From Octopus sinensis (Eukaryota): a stretch of 64,000 nt of DNA. The position numbers and the translations under genes are program-made. Location: the NCBI RefSeq assembly GCF_006345805.1, contig NC_043004.1:22010001-22074000 (forward strand), in the 5' to 3' direction. The notes under the pieces were generated by a model, which was given only the letters and a program-made list of their open reading frames with translations, was not told the DNA's origin and did no database searches. This document shows positions 39,656-54,560 of this stretch, piece by piece (the stretch's first letter is position 1; every line of letters starts with the position of its first letter).

Positions 39656-41039
39656 CTTTTAATTCACTGATGTAAATTAGCGTAGATATGAAAACTTATT
39701 TAATTATATTAAGTATCTGATTTAAAAGTTCAACAAATTCGATTATGTTTTTCGTAAAATGGAGATTAGATGTTAATATGGATTGAAACTATTTTCATTC
39801 ATGTAGCTATACGATCTTTTCATAGTTTATATAGCACAAACTCTTTATAATTGCTATTAAACATTTTTCAAACTAATCGTTAAACCGTATTGATTATTGA
39901 CAGTTAAATATAAATTTTAGTCCCCGGTATTTAAAATTCCATACTCCCTTATTTGGTTAGTCTTTTTCCGTTAAACACAACCCCTCTGGTTTTTACTTCA
40001 TACATGGGAGTTTAAAATTAGCTCCTTCATACTAATCTATAAAGAGAATGTCACGCTTATACATTTTTTATATATGTCAACATCAAACTGAGACCCTTTA
40101 GTCGTGTTTTAAATAGATACGACTATAAGAACAATTACTGCGAACACCATCCCTATGTAATTCTAACGTCCTTTTCGCTTCTTTTTCTTTCTTTATTTTT
40201 TGCTACTGAAGAATACTTTTTGTCAACCCAGATTCTTACAATGAATTTATTGGCTTTCTGTATGACACGATCGTATAACTACATGAATAATAATAATTTC
40301 ACTCCACACCAACATTTAATCTCCTCCATTTTACGAAAAGCATGATTAAATTTATTGAACTTTGTTTTATATGCTAAATCATATACTACACTAGAAATTT
40401 CTTTTCGTATATAAGCGTGAATTATCGTAAAAGTCACTGGCGTGTGATAGATTAGCCGACGATTAACATAATGTAATCTAAAATTTCCCTTTCTCTTACA
40501 GTTCATCAATCTTAAACGTCTATTTCCTTATTCTTGATGAAGGGGATAATGTCAGTGTGAAACTAAAGTATTCATACCTTGTAGAGAAATGGACTCCAGG
40601 CACGACCGTCGAAATACCTCTTATATGGTGCTGTAACCCTCAATAAAACATTTATTTAGAACTTTTAAAACTTTTAAATACATCATTAGGATTTCTAACT
40701 ACCGTTGATGTATCTTACAACTTTTAATTCTTAATACAATCTTTTTAATCTGAAATTTAATATGATTTTGAATCGATATATCACCCTTTATGTTGTCCTT
40801 TGCATTTATATTTTTACATCATGTATTTCTTGTTTCTATTCTAAACAATATATATTTATTTGTTCTTTGTTTTGCTGTAAATATTGTGTTTTATATATTT
40901 ATTATGTTGATGTAAATGATAACATTAGAATGATTTATCTAAATTTTGTCTCTTCTTAAATCAAGTTATGCAAACGTCTAGTGTCTCGGCTTCGACCTGA
41001 GCACTTTCAAGCAATTATGTAAAACAAAATAGTTTTCCA

Positions 41040-41257
41040 TATATATATGTATGTATGTATATATATATATACATATATATGCATATATGTATATATGTAT
41101 ATGCATGTATATATATATATATATATATATGTGTATGTATGCATGTATATATATGTATGTATACATATATATGTATATGTATGTGTATGTATATATATAT
41201 GTGTGTATGTATGCATGTATATGTATATATATGTATATGTATGTATATGTACATACG

Positions 41258-41300
<43 letters not shown>

Positions 41301-41388
41301 ATGTTTATAGTATATATATATATATATATATACGTGTGTACATATGTGTATATATATGTATATTTGAATATATGTATGTATATATGGC
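41040..41388. repeat. Long imperfect (TA)/(TATG)/(TG) array
   Basis: Direct reading. Confidence 0.9.
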
Positions 41389-41389
41389 T

Positions 41390-42770
41390 TTTATCGTTTA
41401 TCGTTTATCTTTTACTGGATTCAGCTCATGGCTGTAGTTATTCCGTATTTTTCCGGTATTATCTGTGGTGAAGTATTAAGCTGGACGTAGCTGCTCTTCT
41501 TAGGTGTCTTCAGCTGCGGTGTGGGTTCATCTGGTATCTCAGATAGAAACCTGTCCATACTTTCCTTGAAAACTTTCACATCGATATCATATATATCTCC
41601 CAGACTGCTGCCTGGCAGGATATAAAACAGGAACGGACCCTTGAAACCCAGACTATTACAGTACTGTGTCATCATTTTAGATGGGAAGACAAGATCTTTA
41701 GTACGATGCGGCACAAACCAGTTCGATGATTAGTATAGCTCTCAATTCCAAATCTTTTTCCAGCTCCTTTAGCCCCTCCCAGTGTCCCATCTTTGACATC
41801 GTATTAATGTTTTTTGAGTATTGGCGCAAGATGGCTTCATGTTCCACAGTTTGTTTCACACTATCTCGACATCATAGTCTAGAGCTGTAGTCCATGTGGA
41901 TGAGAACGAAAGTCCACCATAGCAGTAGCAAGGCCTCCCTTTTCTTGGTTCTGAATGTACTAGAAATCCATCCAGCCACTCGCCTGCACAGTGTAGCCAT
42001 TCGGGTAATATGCACATGGAATGTTGCATCATTGGTCATGTGAACCTCCTGGACACGCACCGACTCTGACTCTGGGATCGTATTACCTTCTAGTCCATTG
42101 TATTCCGATTTTAGCGTGGTGTTGGACCGATAGTGGAGTGCTTGAAATTTCATAGCATCGAATTGCATATTATTTTTATTAGCCCATTTGTATATTCCAT
42201 TTAGGTGTTTCTGCAGTTTTATGATGACCTCTAGATTCCTAACCGCTTGCGATACTTTTGTGTCGTCAGCATAACTAGTCAGATTGGCTGACTGTACCGC
42301 AGAGGGCATGTCTGAGAGGGGCCACCACGATGAGTTGTAGCCCCAGTACAGTTTAGATGTAGATCACGTATACAGCTGACAGGTTTAGCTGTTGTTTCAG
42401 TACCCGGTCAAAGTGCTGCAGCAGCTGTGTGACTCAGCGCGTCCTTGGACGGAAGCCATTTTGAGTGTTTGTTAGGTTATTTTCTTCTAAGACCGTGATC
42501 TTTGTCTTGCTAACATGTGTGGTCAGAGAGATGGGTCTGTAGTTTTTAGTATCTGCTCTTCTCCCTCCTTTATGGACAGGATATATCATACAATCTGTTA
42601 ACATGTTGAGAAGATTACCACTTGCAAGGAATCACTGAAAAGGTATCTGCAGACTTTGCAAGAGCCTTTTTTTACATGTCTTTAAGACAACAACATGGAA
42701 TACATCTGGGACTGTTGCTGGGTTTGATCTCATCTCATCAAAATGGACAATACTACATCCTCTTCTGTTA
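41390..42770 (-). mobile_element. Older decayed CR1/L2-type LINE with internal deletion
   Basis: Minus frames: EEDVVL..PVHKGGRRADTKNYRPISLTTH..QNGFRP..TQLLQHFD..VYVI, jumping to TVLG..DMPS..SYADDTKV..KWA..NNMQF..MDYSSRL..FLSEIPDEPT. Many frameshifts. Confidence 0.85.
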
Positions 42771-42774
42771 TATA

Positions 42775-42966
42775 TGTGTATTCATATGTATATATATATA
42801 TATTTATATATATATGTACATATGTAAATATATATATGGCTATATACATCTATCTATATATATATGTATATTTGTATCTATATATATGCATATGCATGTA
42901 TGAATATATGCATGGATATATATGTTTGTATATATATATATATATGTTTGTATATATATATAAATG

Positions 42967-43038
<72 letters not shown>

Positions 43039-43090
43039 CCATATTTGTATGTCTATATATGTGTGTTTATATATATGCACATATATATTT

Positions 43091-43133
<43 letters not shown>

Positions 43134-43200
43134 CCATGCATACACATACATGTATATTTATATATAAGCATCCGTCTGTGTGTGTATGCATAGATGTGTG
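42775..43200. repeat. Long imperfect TA-based array
   Basis: Direct reading. Confidence 0.9.
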
Positions 43201-43923
43201 TCTAAATTTGTAGATATATACATGAAAACTCACGAGTGTCTATCAAGAAAACAAATGCGATAAACTAAAATTTGAAATGAAAATTAGAGTCAAGTTCGTC
43301 GAACATTTCTTGTTTCATCATATTGATTGTTAATTAAGAAGATGCAAAACAAAAAAAGGATAATAAATAGCATTGCACACGAAACTAAAAATGCACCTAA
43401 GAAAATAAACCAAGTGCAATCTTCCAAGGCTCCTGTTTAAATGAAAAACGTCAAACCCCTATCATGCTCCAGATAAAAATAAAGGGAAAGTGTTTTTAGG
43501 TTTTCTGTGGATTTCCTTGTCATGCCAGAAAATTACATTTATAGAAAATAACTAAAATCGATATGACTTGAAAATATGTATAATTTCCGCAAATATATTA
43601 TCGTCAAAACCTTCTCCATAAAAACCGAAATCTATCTGCGAGGAAATAAGATACAGATTGAAAGAACCTGAAATTCAATCAAATTATTAATTACGTAGTA
43701 TGTTAATACTGAATTTTCTCTTATCTGCCTTCATATGTCACTGTCTGTAATCATCCATAAGCACCCACATGTACACAGTTATACATACGCGCGTGTCAGC
43801 GTGTGTCTATGTATGTATATGCATATGTGAACATTCATACGTATATTTATATCCTTATAACCGCCTATTTAACCATATACCTATCTATCTACTATCTGAA
43901 AGTAAATATTTGTGTGTGTTTGT

Positions 43924-44027
<104 letters not shown>

Positions 44028-45084
44028 GTATGTATGTATATACATATGTACGTATGTATGTATATACATACAAACGTGTGTGTGCGCGCTCTTTTGTGTT
44101 TGTAAAATTATATATGTATCACTTGATGAGTTTTTTTTTGTGGTGTTTTTCTTTCTTCGCCTCGAATTCGGCGATAAATTTCTGTATGCGTTCGATAATC
44201 GTTAACCTCAAACGTCTCATGTGTAAAAGATACACGCTATTCATAGAAATTTGTTTTTTATTCCAGACATCTACTATTTCAAAGCAGAATCCAAAATCTA
44301 TTTAGCCATGTAGTTCACGCTAAAATGAAATTAAATTTCAATAGCAGCCAATCAGCTTTGCTATTAGCAATCTTTAAAATGCTATCAATTTTAGCATGTA
44401 GCACTAATTTTCTCTTTCATATTTATTTGATTATTTATTAAAAATTAGATTTCACCATGAAACAGTTCTTTAATGAAACACTTTCAGATTTAATTTTTTC
44501 CTAGCTTTCTCCTAAAAATCCATTTACTTAAATCTATTAAGCAATTATTCATCATTAACAATCTTTGTAATTTTATGTTTTCGCCATTCCACATGCAACA
44601 AAGAACGAATAAGTGAATATAAGAGGTTTCCGAAACATAAAAACTATTATGCCGTATAACTTCTTCCTTTGAATGAAGTTTTCTTTCTAGTTTAAATTAT
44701 TTTGAGAAACGACAGATATTCTCCTATTATATCTGCTGTAAAAAAAAAGTGTCCCCATTATAGCAATACCCTTCTCTCCTCCATCAGCTCCTTTCTCAAT
44801 TATTGCTAGACGAACCTGACTTTCAAGTGTCCTAGATCTGCCTCTGAATTTCATCACTCAACGCTTTACACAACTACCTTCCATCCTATTCGCAAACTTT
44901 GATAGAATTATTACCCTCCTATCTTCACACCCTCTCCATTGTTTTCAATTTACTCCAAAGTAACTCTGCCAGTAGCTCCCTCATATTTTCCTTATGACTA
45001 AGATAAAATGCCCAAATGTTAGGTAATGTACACGGTCGAACAGCTATATAAAATATATATGCCGGATATAATATATATATATAT

Positions 45085-45219
45085 GTTAGTTAGTTAGTTA
45101 ATTTGGCTCAAAAGCAAATAGCAAGGCCATGTAGGGGGACATGGAGTTAAGTACAGGGTGGTGTTCACGTAAAGACTTCAGGCCACTTGAGGTCAAGGGA
45201 GGCTTTGAACAAAGCGGTC
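45085..45219 (-). mobile_element. 135-bp 3'-end-only copy of the 38.6-kb LINE inside a (TA)n tract
   Basis: Identical to the 38.58-38.71 kb 3' end except 3 substitutions. (TA)n on both sides. Confidence 0.95.
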
Positions 45220-45222
45220 TAA

Positions 45223-45417
<195 letters not shown>

Positions 45418-46917
45418 AATATCAGATTGTAATTGGACCAATGGGAGACTCATTTGAGCTACCTATGGTAACATATCAATTTTGTATAAATACGTTATTT
45501 CGAATTTCCATATTATTGGTTTTAATAATTAGAAATGTTTATTTGAAGGTTACAGAAATAATTATGTTGCTCAAAGATCAAATCTGTTTGAAGCTGAAAA
45601 ACCAAAGACTTTTTCTCACTGTACATGATGGTGCAACACAAATATATTTTGAAATAGATATACATTCCCTTCAATAATATATAATTTTAAAAATAAGTCG
45701 GATTCATTAATTTCTCTCGGCAATATTTATCGGGGAAGACATACCCATACATGTACATACACACACGTATTTTCATACACACCGACTCACATACAACTAA
45801 CACGTATACACAGAGACACAGTGAAACGGGCACTTACACACACGTATGATTTTTGAAACCAGACCAGCAAACTGAAATTCTTCATTTGTTAAAGTAATTA
45901 CGATTTTAATGAACCACTCTGAAAACAAAAGTTTTCACTCCCTCCTTCACCTGTTTTAATCCGCTTTACATTTCACTCTTCTTAGTTAGCTCTCTCTTTC
46001 CTCTGACTATCTCCATTTCAGTTCATCTCTTTTCGGATGCCTACATATCATTATGTCGAACAGAAGTTGAATGTCGACTTATTTATTCTGTTCTACCTGT
46101 TTAGTAATTATGTGTTCTCGCATCCGACATATTTACTTTTATATCGTCGTCAGCATTTATTACCGGACGTAATCGAAATTGTTTGCATTCGAAACTTCCT
46201 AACATTTTTATTACATTTTTCCGTCAAAAATATCGGTTTCTTACGTACTTTGATCACGATATTACTCCTTTATTTGTATAAGCTAATTGATTCAGTGCGG
46301 TGTTGACGGTAACAACAATGATGCTATCAATTATATATACGTAATTATTTCTACGCAATGGTGGTGAATCTAGTCTCTTTAAAACGTCGGACAATGCCTT
46401 GCCGGTCCAAACACACACAGAATCTGTCTTGCTTTTCATCAGTCTGCAGGTTAATGTAATACGTATCAGTTCAGTACCGGTTAATACAATAGTCTGTTTC
46501 TTCTCAGCAGATATGTGATTATATACGAAATCACTAATTATTTATACGTAAGGAAATATGCCACTTCTTCCTAACATCTGATTAAATAATTAAAGAAGTG
46601 GAACAGGCTGGGAACCTATACGCCAAGGAAACCGGGAAACCGGCCCTTATGAACCAGGCGTGGCTCGAGAAGGAACAAGTTGCGAAACATTCTAAATGAA
46701 TGCAAATATTGTCATGGCTACGGTTCGAAGGAATGAAACCAGAGAGAGAGAGAGTTAATGATATGAATTCTAATTAGAAAATATGAAATGTGGCACCTAG
46801 GATATAAGTACAAATGTAAAGATAACACCAATATACTGGATTAGGTAATGGTATTCATTAATCAATCTGATTAAGTGTAGGGCATAGTGTTTTTAATTAA
46901 TCGAAATGCAGAACACT

Positions 46918-46974
46918 TGAGAGAGAGAGAGAGAGATAGAGAGAGAAAGAGAGAGAGATAGAGAGAGAGAGAGG

Positions 46975-47042
<68 letters not shown>
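46918..47042. repeat. (GA)n microsatellite
   Basis: Direct reading. Confidence 0.95.
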
Positions 47043-47045
<3 letters not shown>

Positions 47046-48667
47046 AGAAGATAATTAGCTTTCGCATTTTTTGACAGCAGAGAAATAATTAATTTTTTTA
47101 GTTCTGCTCTGAGTGTAACACAGAAATGTGCCCCTTTATTAGTTATTGACCTTCGGTTCATTGATGCCACATGCGAATTATTGACTTGAATGAAGATAAA
47201 ATGTGTAATCGATATAAATTATAGTAAAACACACCTGGCAACATTGAGTGGACTTGCGAGTATAGACGATCGGGAGATGAAAACATTATGCTTAGGCTTA
47301 TTGTATTGATTTTACCTTTGTTTTTAGTTTTGAAACCTTCGATATTATTTCATGAAGAACAACAAGTCTAAAATAATTAGATGACTAAATGATATTTAAT
47401 TAATTTGCTAGCAACATTAATAACGGAATGTGTTTAATTTTGGTTTCTTAATAAGTTCAGAATATCAGTGCTGAACAGCATTTCCACGTACATAAATGTG
47501 TGTATATGCTTCTGCGAATGTGTTTGAGAGAGAGAGGGGGAGAAAGAGGGAGAATAGAGCGAAAATGAACGTGTGTGTCTGCGTGCATGTGTATGTGGTG
47601 GTGTGTAAGTTTAAGAAATCTGGCTGAAACCAATTTCAAATAAATCCATGTTTAGTAATATTCTCTATTACATTAACTATAATTAGTTTCCCAATCTCCG
47701 TTGTAAACGTTGCAAGGAATAAATTTATGCAATCCAAAACGTTCATTCAAGTAGCGTTGCGTTAATTTAATGATAACTTAAACGGATATGATGCGAACGA
47801 TTATTGCACATTGATGTCAGATCGGCAGAAACAGTACTCTACAGTTTAATGACAGTACAGGAATGTTAAACGAATATTTCTAATGGAAATATGTAAAATA
47901 AGTATATGCGTATATCGGCTAGCATCAGAGTAGTATATACTGGATGAATATATGTAATAGCTATATTGCGATACGAAGCGAATCTATGATGTGTGCACAT
48001 ATTTGCAGATATGCATACATACATGCATAGATACATACATGTGTGATAAATACCTGTATATCTTTAAGTCAGAAAATGGAAAAATGCAGGATATCCCGCC
48101 CCCAATTGTGGATATTAGTAATTTCCAGTTCGTTGAGAAATAAAAGAAGGATCAGAATGAAAAGTATATGCGTTTGTTAGTTCCATGATCAAAGAGATAA
48201 AGTTATAGGTAAAGTCCATTAGCAGATCCAGAGATGAAGATTCGATGATAATCCATGGGAAAGGGTAATGGAAGTTACTAGTGCTACTGTTGAACAGAGT
48301 AAATTAAGATTGACCAGGAATAATATACCACAGTGGGAAGGAAAGATATAATGGAAGATGCATGAGAGTAGATAGAGAGCAGTCAGTATAGTGAGAACAT
48401 GTTCAGCGAAAGAGATACACGTACAAACACAGACACACGAATATAGACTCACACATTCAGATAGAAGAACAAATAAAAATAACAGACATTAGATAGTTTC
48501 ATCTCATGCTGACCACCACTGTTGGCCATAGTCGTTAGATAATAAGAGTAGGAGGGAGGAGTTAGGATGGTAATGAAGTGGCTGCAAAAGGTAATGAATT
48601 TCTCGAATTATAACCCGAAGTACAGTGACTGTCATCTTACTATCGGTGAAGGTATAGGAGTGGTCTC

Positions 48668-49577
48668 GACGCAGGAATGGCTCTGCGGCAGAAGCTTGCT
48701 TCCCGACCAGATAGTTCCGAGTTCAGTCCCATTGCATGTTACCTTGGGCAAGTACCTTCTTCTATAGCATTGGGCCAACCAAAGCCTTGTGAGTGAATTT
48801 GAAAGACGGAAACTGAAAGAAACCTGTCGTATATATGTCGCGTCTGTTCTGTTTTGTCCTTCCTCCCGATCAGGTTAAGATTTTTCATTTCCATTTTATT
48901 TGCGCTAACTTACTACACTCGTCTGATAGTCGAAAGACTTTGTTTGTTTTGTTTTATTGTTGTTGTAAATGTATAATTATTTTCCTTTTGCTCTATAGCC
49001 GAAAGGCGTTTGTCCATTGTATATGTATAATTCTATTTCATAAGTTACGTTCGTCCGATAAACGAAAAACCCTTTCTATTGTTTACTTATTTGTTACCGT
49101 ATATGTACATTCGTTTGCCTTGCTCAGGGGCCTAATGCTTTTAGCTTAAGTCCCTGGCCCGGCCGGTTTCGAGTATTATCGGAGAAAAGTGGGCGAAACT
49201 ACATGGACATTCCGGACTCCGACTGAAAAGGCAATTGGCTGCGAATGATCCGTGTATCATGTTTTGTCCTGTTTACCGTTGTCGTGCTATCGTTCTTTGT
49301 TCCGCATGTTGTTTTGCCGGTTTCTCTTCGTTGTGTTTTTTCTGTTCTACATTTGATTTATGTGTGTGTGTGTGACCCTGTATGTCTGTGTTTGTAGTTC
49401 ATCACCACTTAATAACCGGTGTTGGTGCGTTTACCTCTGCGTAAATTTGTAGTTCGGAAAAAGAGCTCGATAAAATAAGTACTGGGATCGATTCAGTCGA
49501 CTAAAAAATGAAGGGAGTGCCACGCCATGGCCGCTTTCTAACGACTGAAACCGGTAAAAGGTAAAAGATAAAAGATA
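48668..49577 (+). mobile_element. SINE type C split by a ~520-bp family U insertion (~48837-49360)
   Basis: 5' half 48668-48836 ends GAAACTGAAAGAAACCTGTCGTATATAT. 3' half resumes at (TG)n ~49361 and runs to GATAAAAGAT. Confidence 0.75.
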
Positions 49578-50266
49578 TATATGTTATCCTTTATCTTGCC
49601 TCAGTCATTTAACAGCGGTAAAGCTGGAGTACCGACCGGAAGGGTTTTAGACGAAGAAATCGACTCCAGGTCTTATATTTAAACCTGAAACGTAATCTAT
49701 CAGGCTTTTCTGTATATATATATGAACAACATGCAGGTGTATGAACAAGCAGGTGTATTAGTTTGACGCTCGGGCAAGTCAGAAGGTCTTTTACGTTTCG
49801 AGCCTACGCTCTTCAGTAGAAAGGAATATGAGGAAATACACAGAGGGAGAATAAACAAAAATCTTGTGGCTCTAGCGATCAATCATGCCGACTGGTTGTG
49901 AAAAAATAGTTTGACAGGAGAGCTAGGAAGAAGGGTACATAATAAAGTACTGTTAATCCCAAAACGAAAGTGCGCGTGTGTTGTGAGTAAACAAATGTTA
50001 TCCCTTGAGTATGGCTTGACAGACGGTGAAATTAGCTGATGTAACTAGTGTAGAAACTGAACATGAAGAACAGAAAGCATTCTTTGCAAGATCTTGGATA
50101 TATGTCAATTCTAAGTTACACATCTTACTACTAGCAAATGGGCATACGAAAGGTATTAATATTTTCCGATAGATTAGCTTCCAAGATGTAGCAATCCCTT
50201 TTGTGTAGGACCAATGTCTTTCTTGGAACTCATAAGAGTATTTTATGTAGATAGATAGAGAGAAGA

Positions 50267-50313
<47 letters not shown>

Positions 50314-51059
50314 GCCGCACTTGATTGATAGTATATTTGCTGATCTCTAATGAATGAAAGATGTTGACATCCATTGAGTTTAAAAGCAAACACTTTACAC
50401 AGCCTCTTCGAGACTTTACAGATTTTATCCAATAACTGCCTTTCAGCATGACTGATACATGAACAATGAATTATATCCCACTACACAATTCACTGGAGCA
50501 CTTAGTATGGAATTTGGGGTTTTTTAATGCTGCAGAAACGATAAATCTGTCCTGTAAAATGTTTCAAACAACGTAGTGATCATCTAGCACACGTGTTTCA
50601 GCATAGCAGCAGTCGAATGACAGAAACAAGTAAAAGAATAAAAGAGTAAAGGCATCTATATAATCAATTTTATAGCAAGCCTTCCAGAAAATCAATTGTA
50701 ACATACGTTTCACTAGATGAAAGCCTGATACGCAGTAATTCTGTTGACAGAAAGTAATCCAGGATCCATTTCCCCATACAAAACATTAAGGATTTTAACT
50801 GATTAGTTACATAGATTGTTGATATTCGAAATTATGTGTTATTTCAGAGTTTTGGGCCAAGTATCTAGCTGTATAAAGATTTGTCATTCACAGGAAATGA
50901 ACCTAAGATTTTAAGGAAGGAAGTGATTTTAAGGAAGGAAGAGATTATGTAGAAAGATTTCAACTTGTAGTGATTAGATTTATAAATATGAAACAAGAAG
51001 CTGGTTGACATACGGTATAAGTTCATTGAGAGACAATGTGCATTAATATTGGTTTCAAA

Positions 51060-51262
51060 ATTTGGCACAAGGTCAACAATATCGAAGGAAGGGAATAATT
51101 CAATTACATTGACACCCAATGTTCAACTGGTACTTATTTTATCGATCCCGAAGGGGATGAACGGTAAAATCGGCCTCGGCGGAATTTTAACTTAAAACTG
51201 AAAGGCAGAAGAAATGCTGCATTTTGCCCGACGTGCTAACCATTCTGTTAGTTCGCTGCTTT
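51060..51262 (-). mobile_element. Diverged SINE type A/B
   Basis: CAACTGGTACTTATTTTATCGATCCCGAAGGGGATGAACGG..CTCGGCGGAATTT core and head relic. Confidence 0.7.
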
Positions 51263-51736
51263 ATACAGTGTCGTTGATATTGAAACACAGAATATGTTCC
51301 CGGAAAAAGATTAGAAAAACTTTTGGTAAATATAGTTAGAAGCTCCTAGAAGAAGCCAGTGTGAAGGAAACGGCGATTATTTTCCAAACACAAGAAAACA
51401 AAATGTTATATATGAATAGGAATACATTGGACGTAGATTATAAATTAGGTAAACGGTGATTGAATTTATAGCGCGGAGATCATGCCACTTGAAACGGGAA
51501 ACAAAACGATTCATCCAATAACATGTAAGGGCAATAAAAACTCATGTGAAACTGATTCGCTGTTTGAAGGTACTTTTCTTTCGCATCATCGTCTCCTTAG
51601 AATATAAGATATTGCGACAACTTTGTTCTACTTAATATGTTATAAATCATAGGTAATGTACCACGAATACACATTCTATATAGTAATATCATTCAAAGTT
51701 ATCCTGCTAAATCCAACATTTTTGCAAACAATATAT

Positions 51737-52142
51737 TAATTTCTTTATTGACCACAGGGGGCTAAACATAGAGGAGACAAACAAGGACAGACCAAGGGAT
51801 TAAGTCGATTGCATCGATCCCAGTGCATAACTGGTACTTATTTAATCGGTCCCGAAAAGATGAAGGGCAAAGTCGACCTCGGCAGAAATACTTATAAATT
51901 TTTCGCCCTGCGTTTTAACGATTCTGCCAGCTTGCCGCCTTTTTGCAAATAATATATTACGTATTTCAGGCGGCGAGCAGGCAGAAACTTTAGCACGCCG
52001 GACGAAATCCTGAGTTCAAATTCTGCCGAAATGAACTTTGCCTTTCATCCTTTCGGGGTCGATAAATTAAGCACTGGGGTCGATCTAATCGACTGGGTCC
52101 ATCCCCTAAAATTTCGGGCCTTGTGCTTAGAGTAGAAAAGAA
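51737..52142. mobile_element. Head-to-head SINE pair: type A (-, ~51737-51940) and type B (+, ~51968-52142)
   Basis: Type A is flanked by TTTGCAAA(C/T)AATATATTA (~51721-51738 and ~51942-51959). Type B ends AGAGTAGAAAAGAAT. Confidence 0.85.
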
Positions 52143-52255
52143 TATATTAAGCAGTTAACAATTTCAGAAATCTTTCACAGTATTAGATGTAGGAAAAGTT
52201 GTAAAGTGAATCTGGAACAAATAAAGAAAAATATTATAAACTTTTGAGTGAGCGA

Positions 52256-52316
<61 letters not shown>

Positions 52317-54326
52317 CGTGCACATACATGCATTCAATTAATCAGTATGGCATAGCTAAATTAAGTTAAAAGCCGAGTAGTTTGCTCTAACCAGTTAAGT
52401 AAACACTTTAATGAATATGTTCTTGCATCACTGTAAGCCCTTTAGTCCCTCTGACTCAGAATACAGACAAATACATCTGATCAGAGAAGTGGAAAGCTTC
52501 GTCAGCTGACATAAAAATAAATATCCCAAAGATTTTCTTCCTCTACTGTAAACATATCACTATTCTTTGTAATCTTGAGTAATATACTAATGTTGAATCA
52601 ATGGAACACCGTGAAAGGACGACACTTAGTTCTATGGTAACTAAGAACGTGTATTTTTGTTGTTTATTTATCAAATAGTTTATCCGGTCGTGGACATGAC
52701 ATGAACAATAAGTGTCTGTATGTACATGTGTGTGGGTGTATGTTCATTAATGCCTGGTGTGTGTCTGTGTGTGAGTGCGTTCATGTTTATGTGCGTGTGT
52801 GTGCGTTTATGTGCATGTATATACATACGGACGTTTGCATGTATTTGTATATGTATATAGGATTTACTTTACGCTTGTATGTTCAATTGGGTGAAACGCG
52901 AAAATAATCAGAATTTCTTGGTAGAAAAATAGCATAGAAAATATCTTCAATTTATTATTTTTAGAGGAGTTGATGCGTAAAAAATTTCAGCCCAAATTAA
53001 TTAGATTTAAGGTTATTCAATGTTTGTTCATTCAGCTGATTCCTGATTCCTTTGAGACTCAGTTAATTTAATCTTTAGTCTCTTGTCAGTGAAGACGAAA
53101 TCGAATTTGAAAGTGATAAAAATATAATAAAAATATAATGAGAACCTTCAAATAGAAATGTTTTCCTTATTGGTCGTGTGTGAGCATTTCGGCAGAAAAA
53201 TGAATCAATCATAAATGTATTTACTCTCTGTAAATTGAAAGAATTTATAATCATACTCATCTGTAGAATATACTGATATGCAGGAAAATGGAAATATAGA
53301 AGAAATATTTAACATATTGCCTATACTTATGATATTTCCTTACCAATTATTGATTTCTATTCTGTGTTATTCTGTGTGTATTTTAGGTGCTTTTTTCCCG
53401 TAATTTTAGTATTTTACATATTTCATTAACTTTATTTTTTATCTTTCCTACTTATCAAGATTTTTATTAACTTTGCCTTAATAAACGGTGGGGAACTTTT
53501 CTTTTGCGTATCCTATAATATTAATATATTTTTCGTATCTAAATATTCATTTATATTCCCATACCCATAAAAAAAAGAAACTCATAATAGACCAACAGTT
53601 GGTAAATATGGGCAATATTAGATTAAAGAGAAAATTATTATTTTTCACTCTTTTCAATTAATGGTAATCACAATAGCAATACCCTCGTCCTAGGTCATAA
53701 ATTCTCAATCTACTATTTGAAATGCCATGACAGCAAGAGACACAGAGAAGGGCAAAGGAGAAATTAATATCTATGAATAGAAATATGAAAAATATCATTT
53801 GATTATTGACACGATCATAAGTATTGATCCTATGCTGTTATCATAGCTATAATCAAAATAAGGACATTTCAAAAGATGTACTGAACATCATTGGGAATTT
53901 TTTACTTATAATACATGAACATATTAAAGAAAATCTTATATGAAGTAGGATTACTCGTCATCTTTAAAGTGTCAAACAGACATATATAAGAAGCATGGCC
54001 TACACATACACCATATTATGCTGGTTTTTAAAGGATTCATATTGCTGGTGAAATAGTTAATCGATAAAGCAACTTTTCCATAAAGTAGATAATTGTTTAG
54101 ATAATTATATATCGTACATTATGAAATAATATGTAATTCCATTAATCAGGTGAATGTATATATATGAAATATAATTATTTATTTAACCCCATTAATTGCT
54201 AAGTAGTAAACGTAGACGACAGAAAATTATGATATTTAATTCTAAGGTCGGTATTAAAACGAAATTAGTAGGTAAAGATGTAGACAAACATATAAACACT
54301 TGTGTGTGTGTATGTATGTATATATA

Positions 54327-54396
<70 letters not shown>

Positions 54397-54398
<2 letters not shown>

Positions 54399-54560
54399 TT
54401 TTCTTTCATTTGTTTCAGTCATTTGACAGCGGCTATACTAAAGCACGGCCTTTAGTCCAACAATCCAACCCGGGGTTTATTGTTTGTACGCCTAGTATTT
54501 ATTCTAGCTGTCTCTTTCATCGAGCACTAAGTTACAGAAACGTAAATAGACCAGTATCAT
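54397..54560 (-). mobile_element. SINE type C 3' half, diverged
   Basis: TTTGTTTCAGTCATTTGAC..GCCTTTAGTC.. tail motif. Confidence 0.7.
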
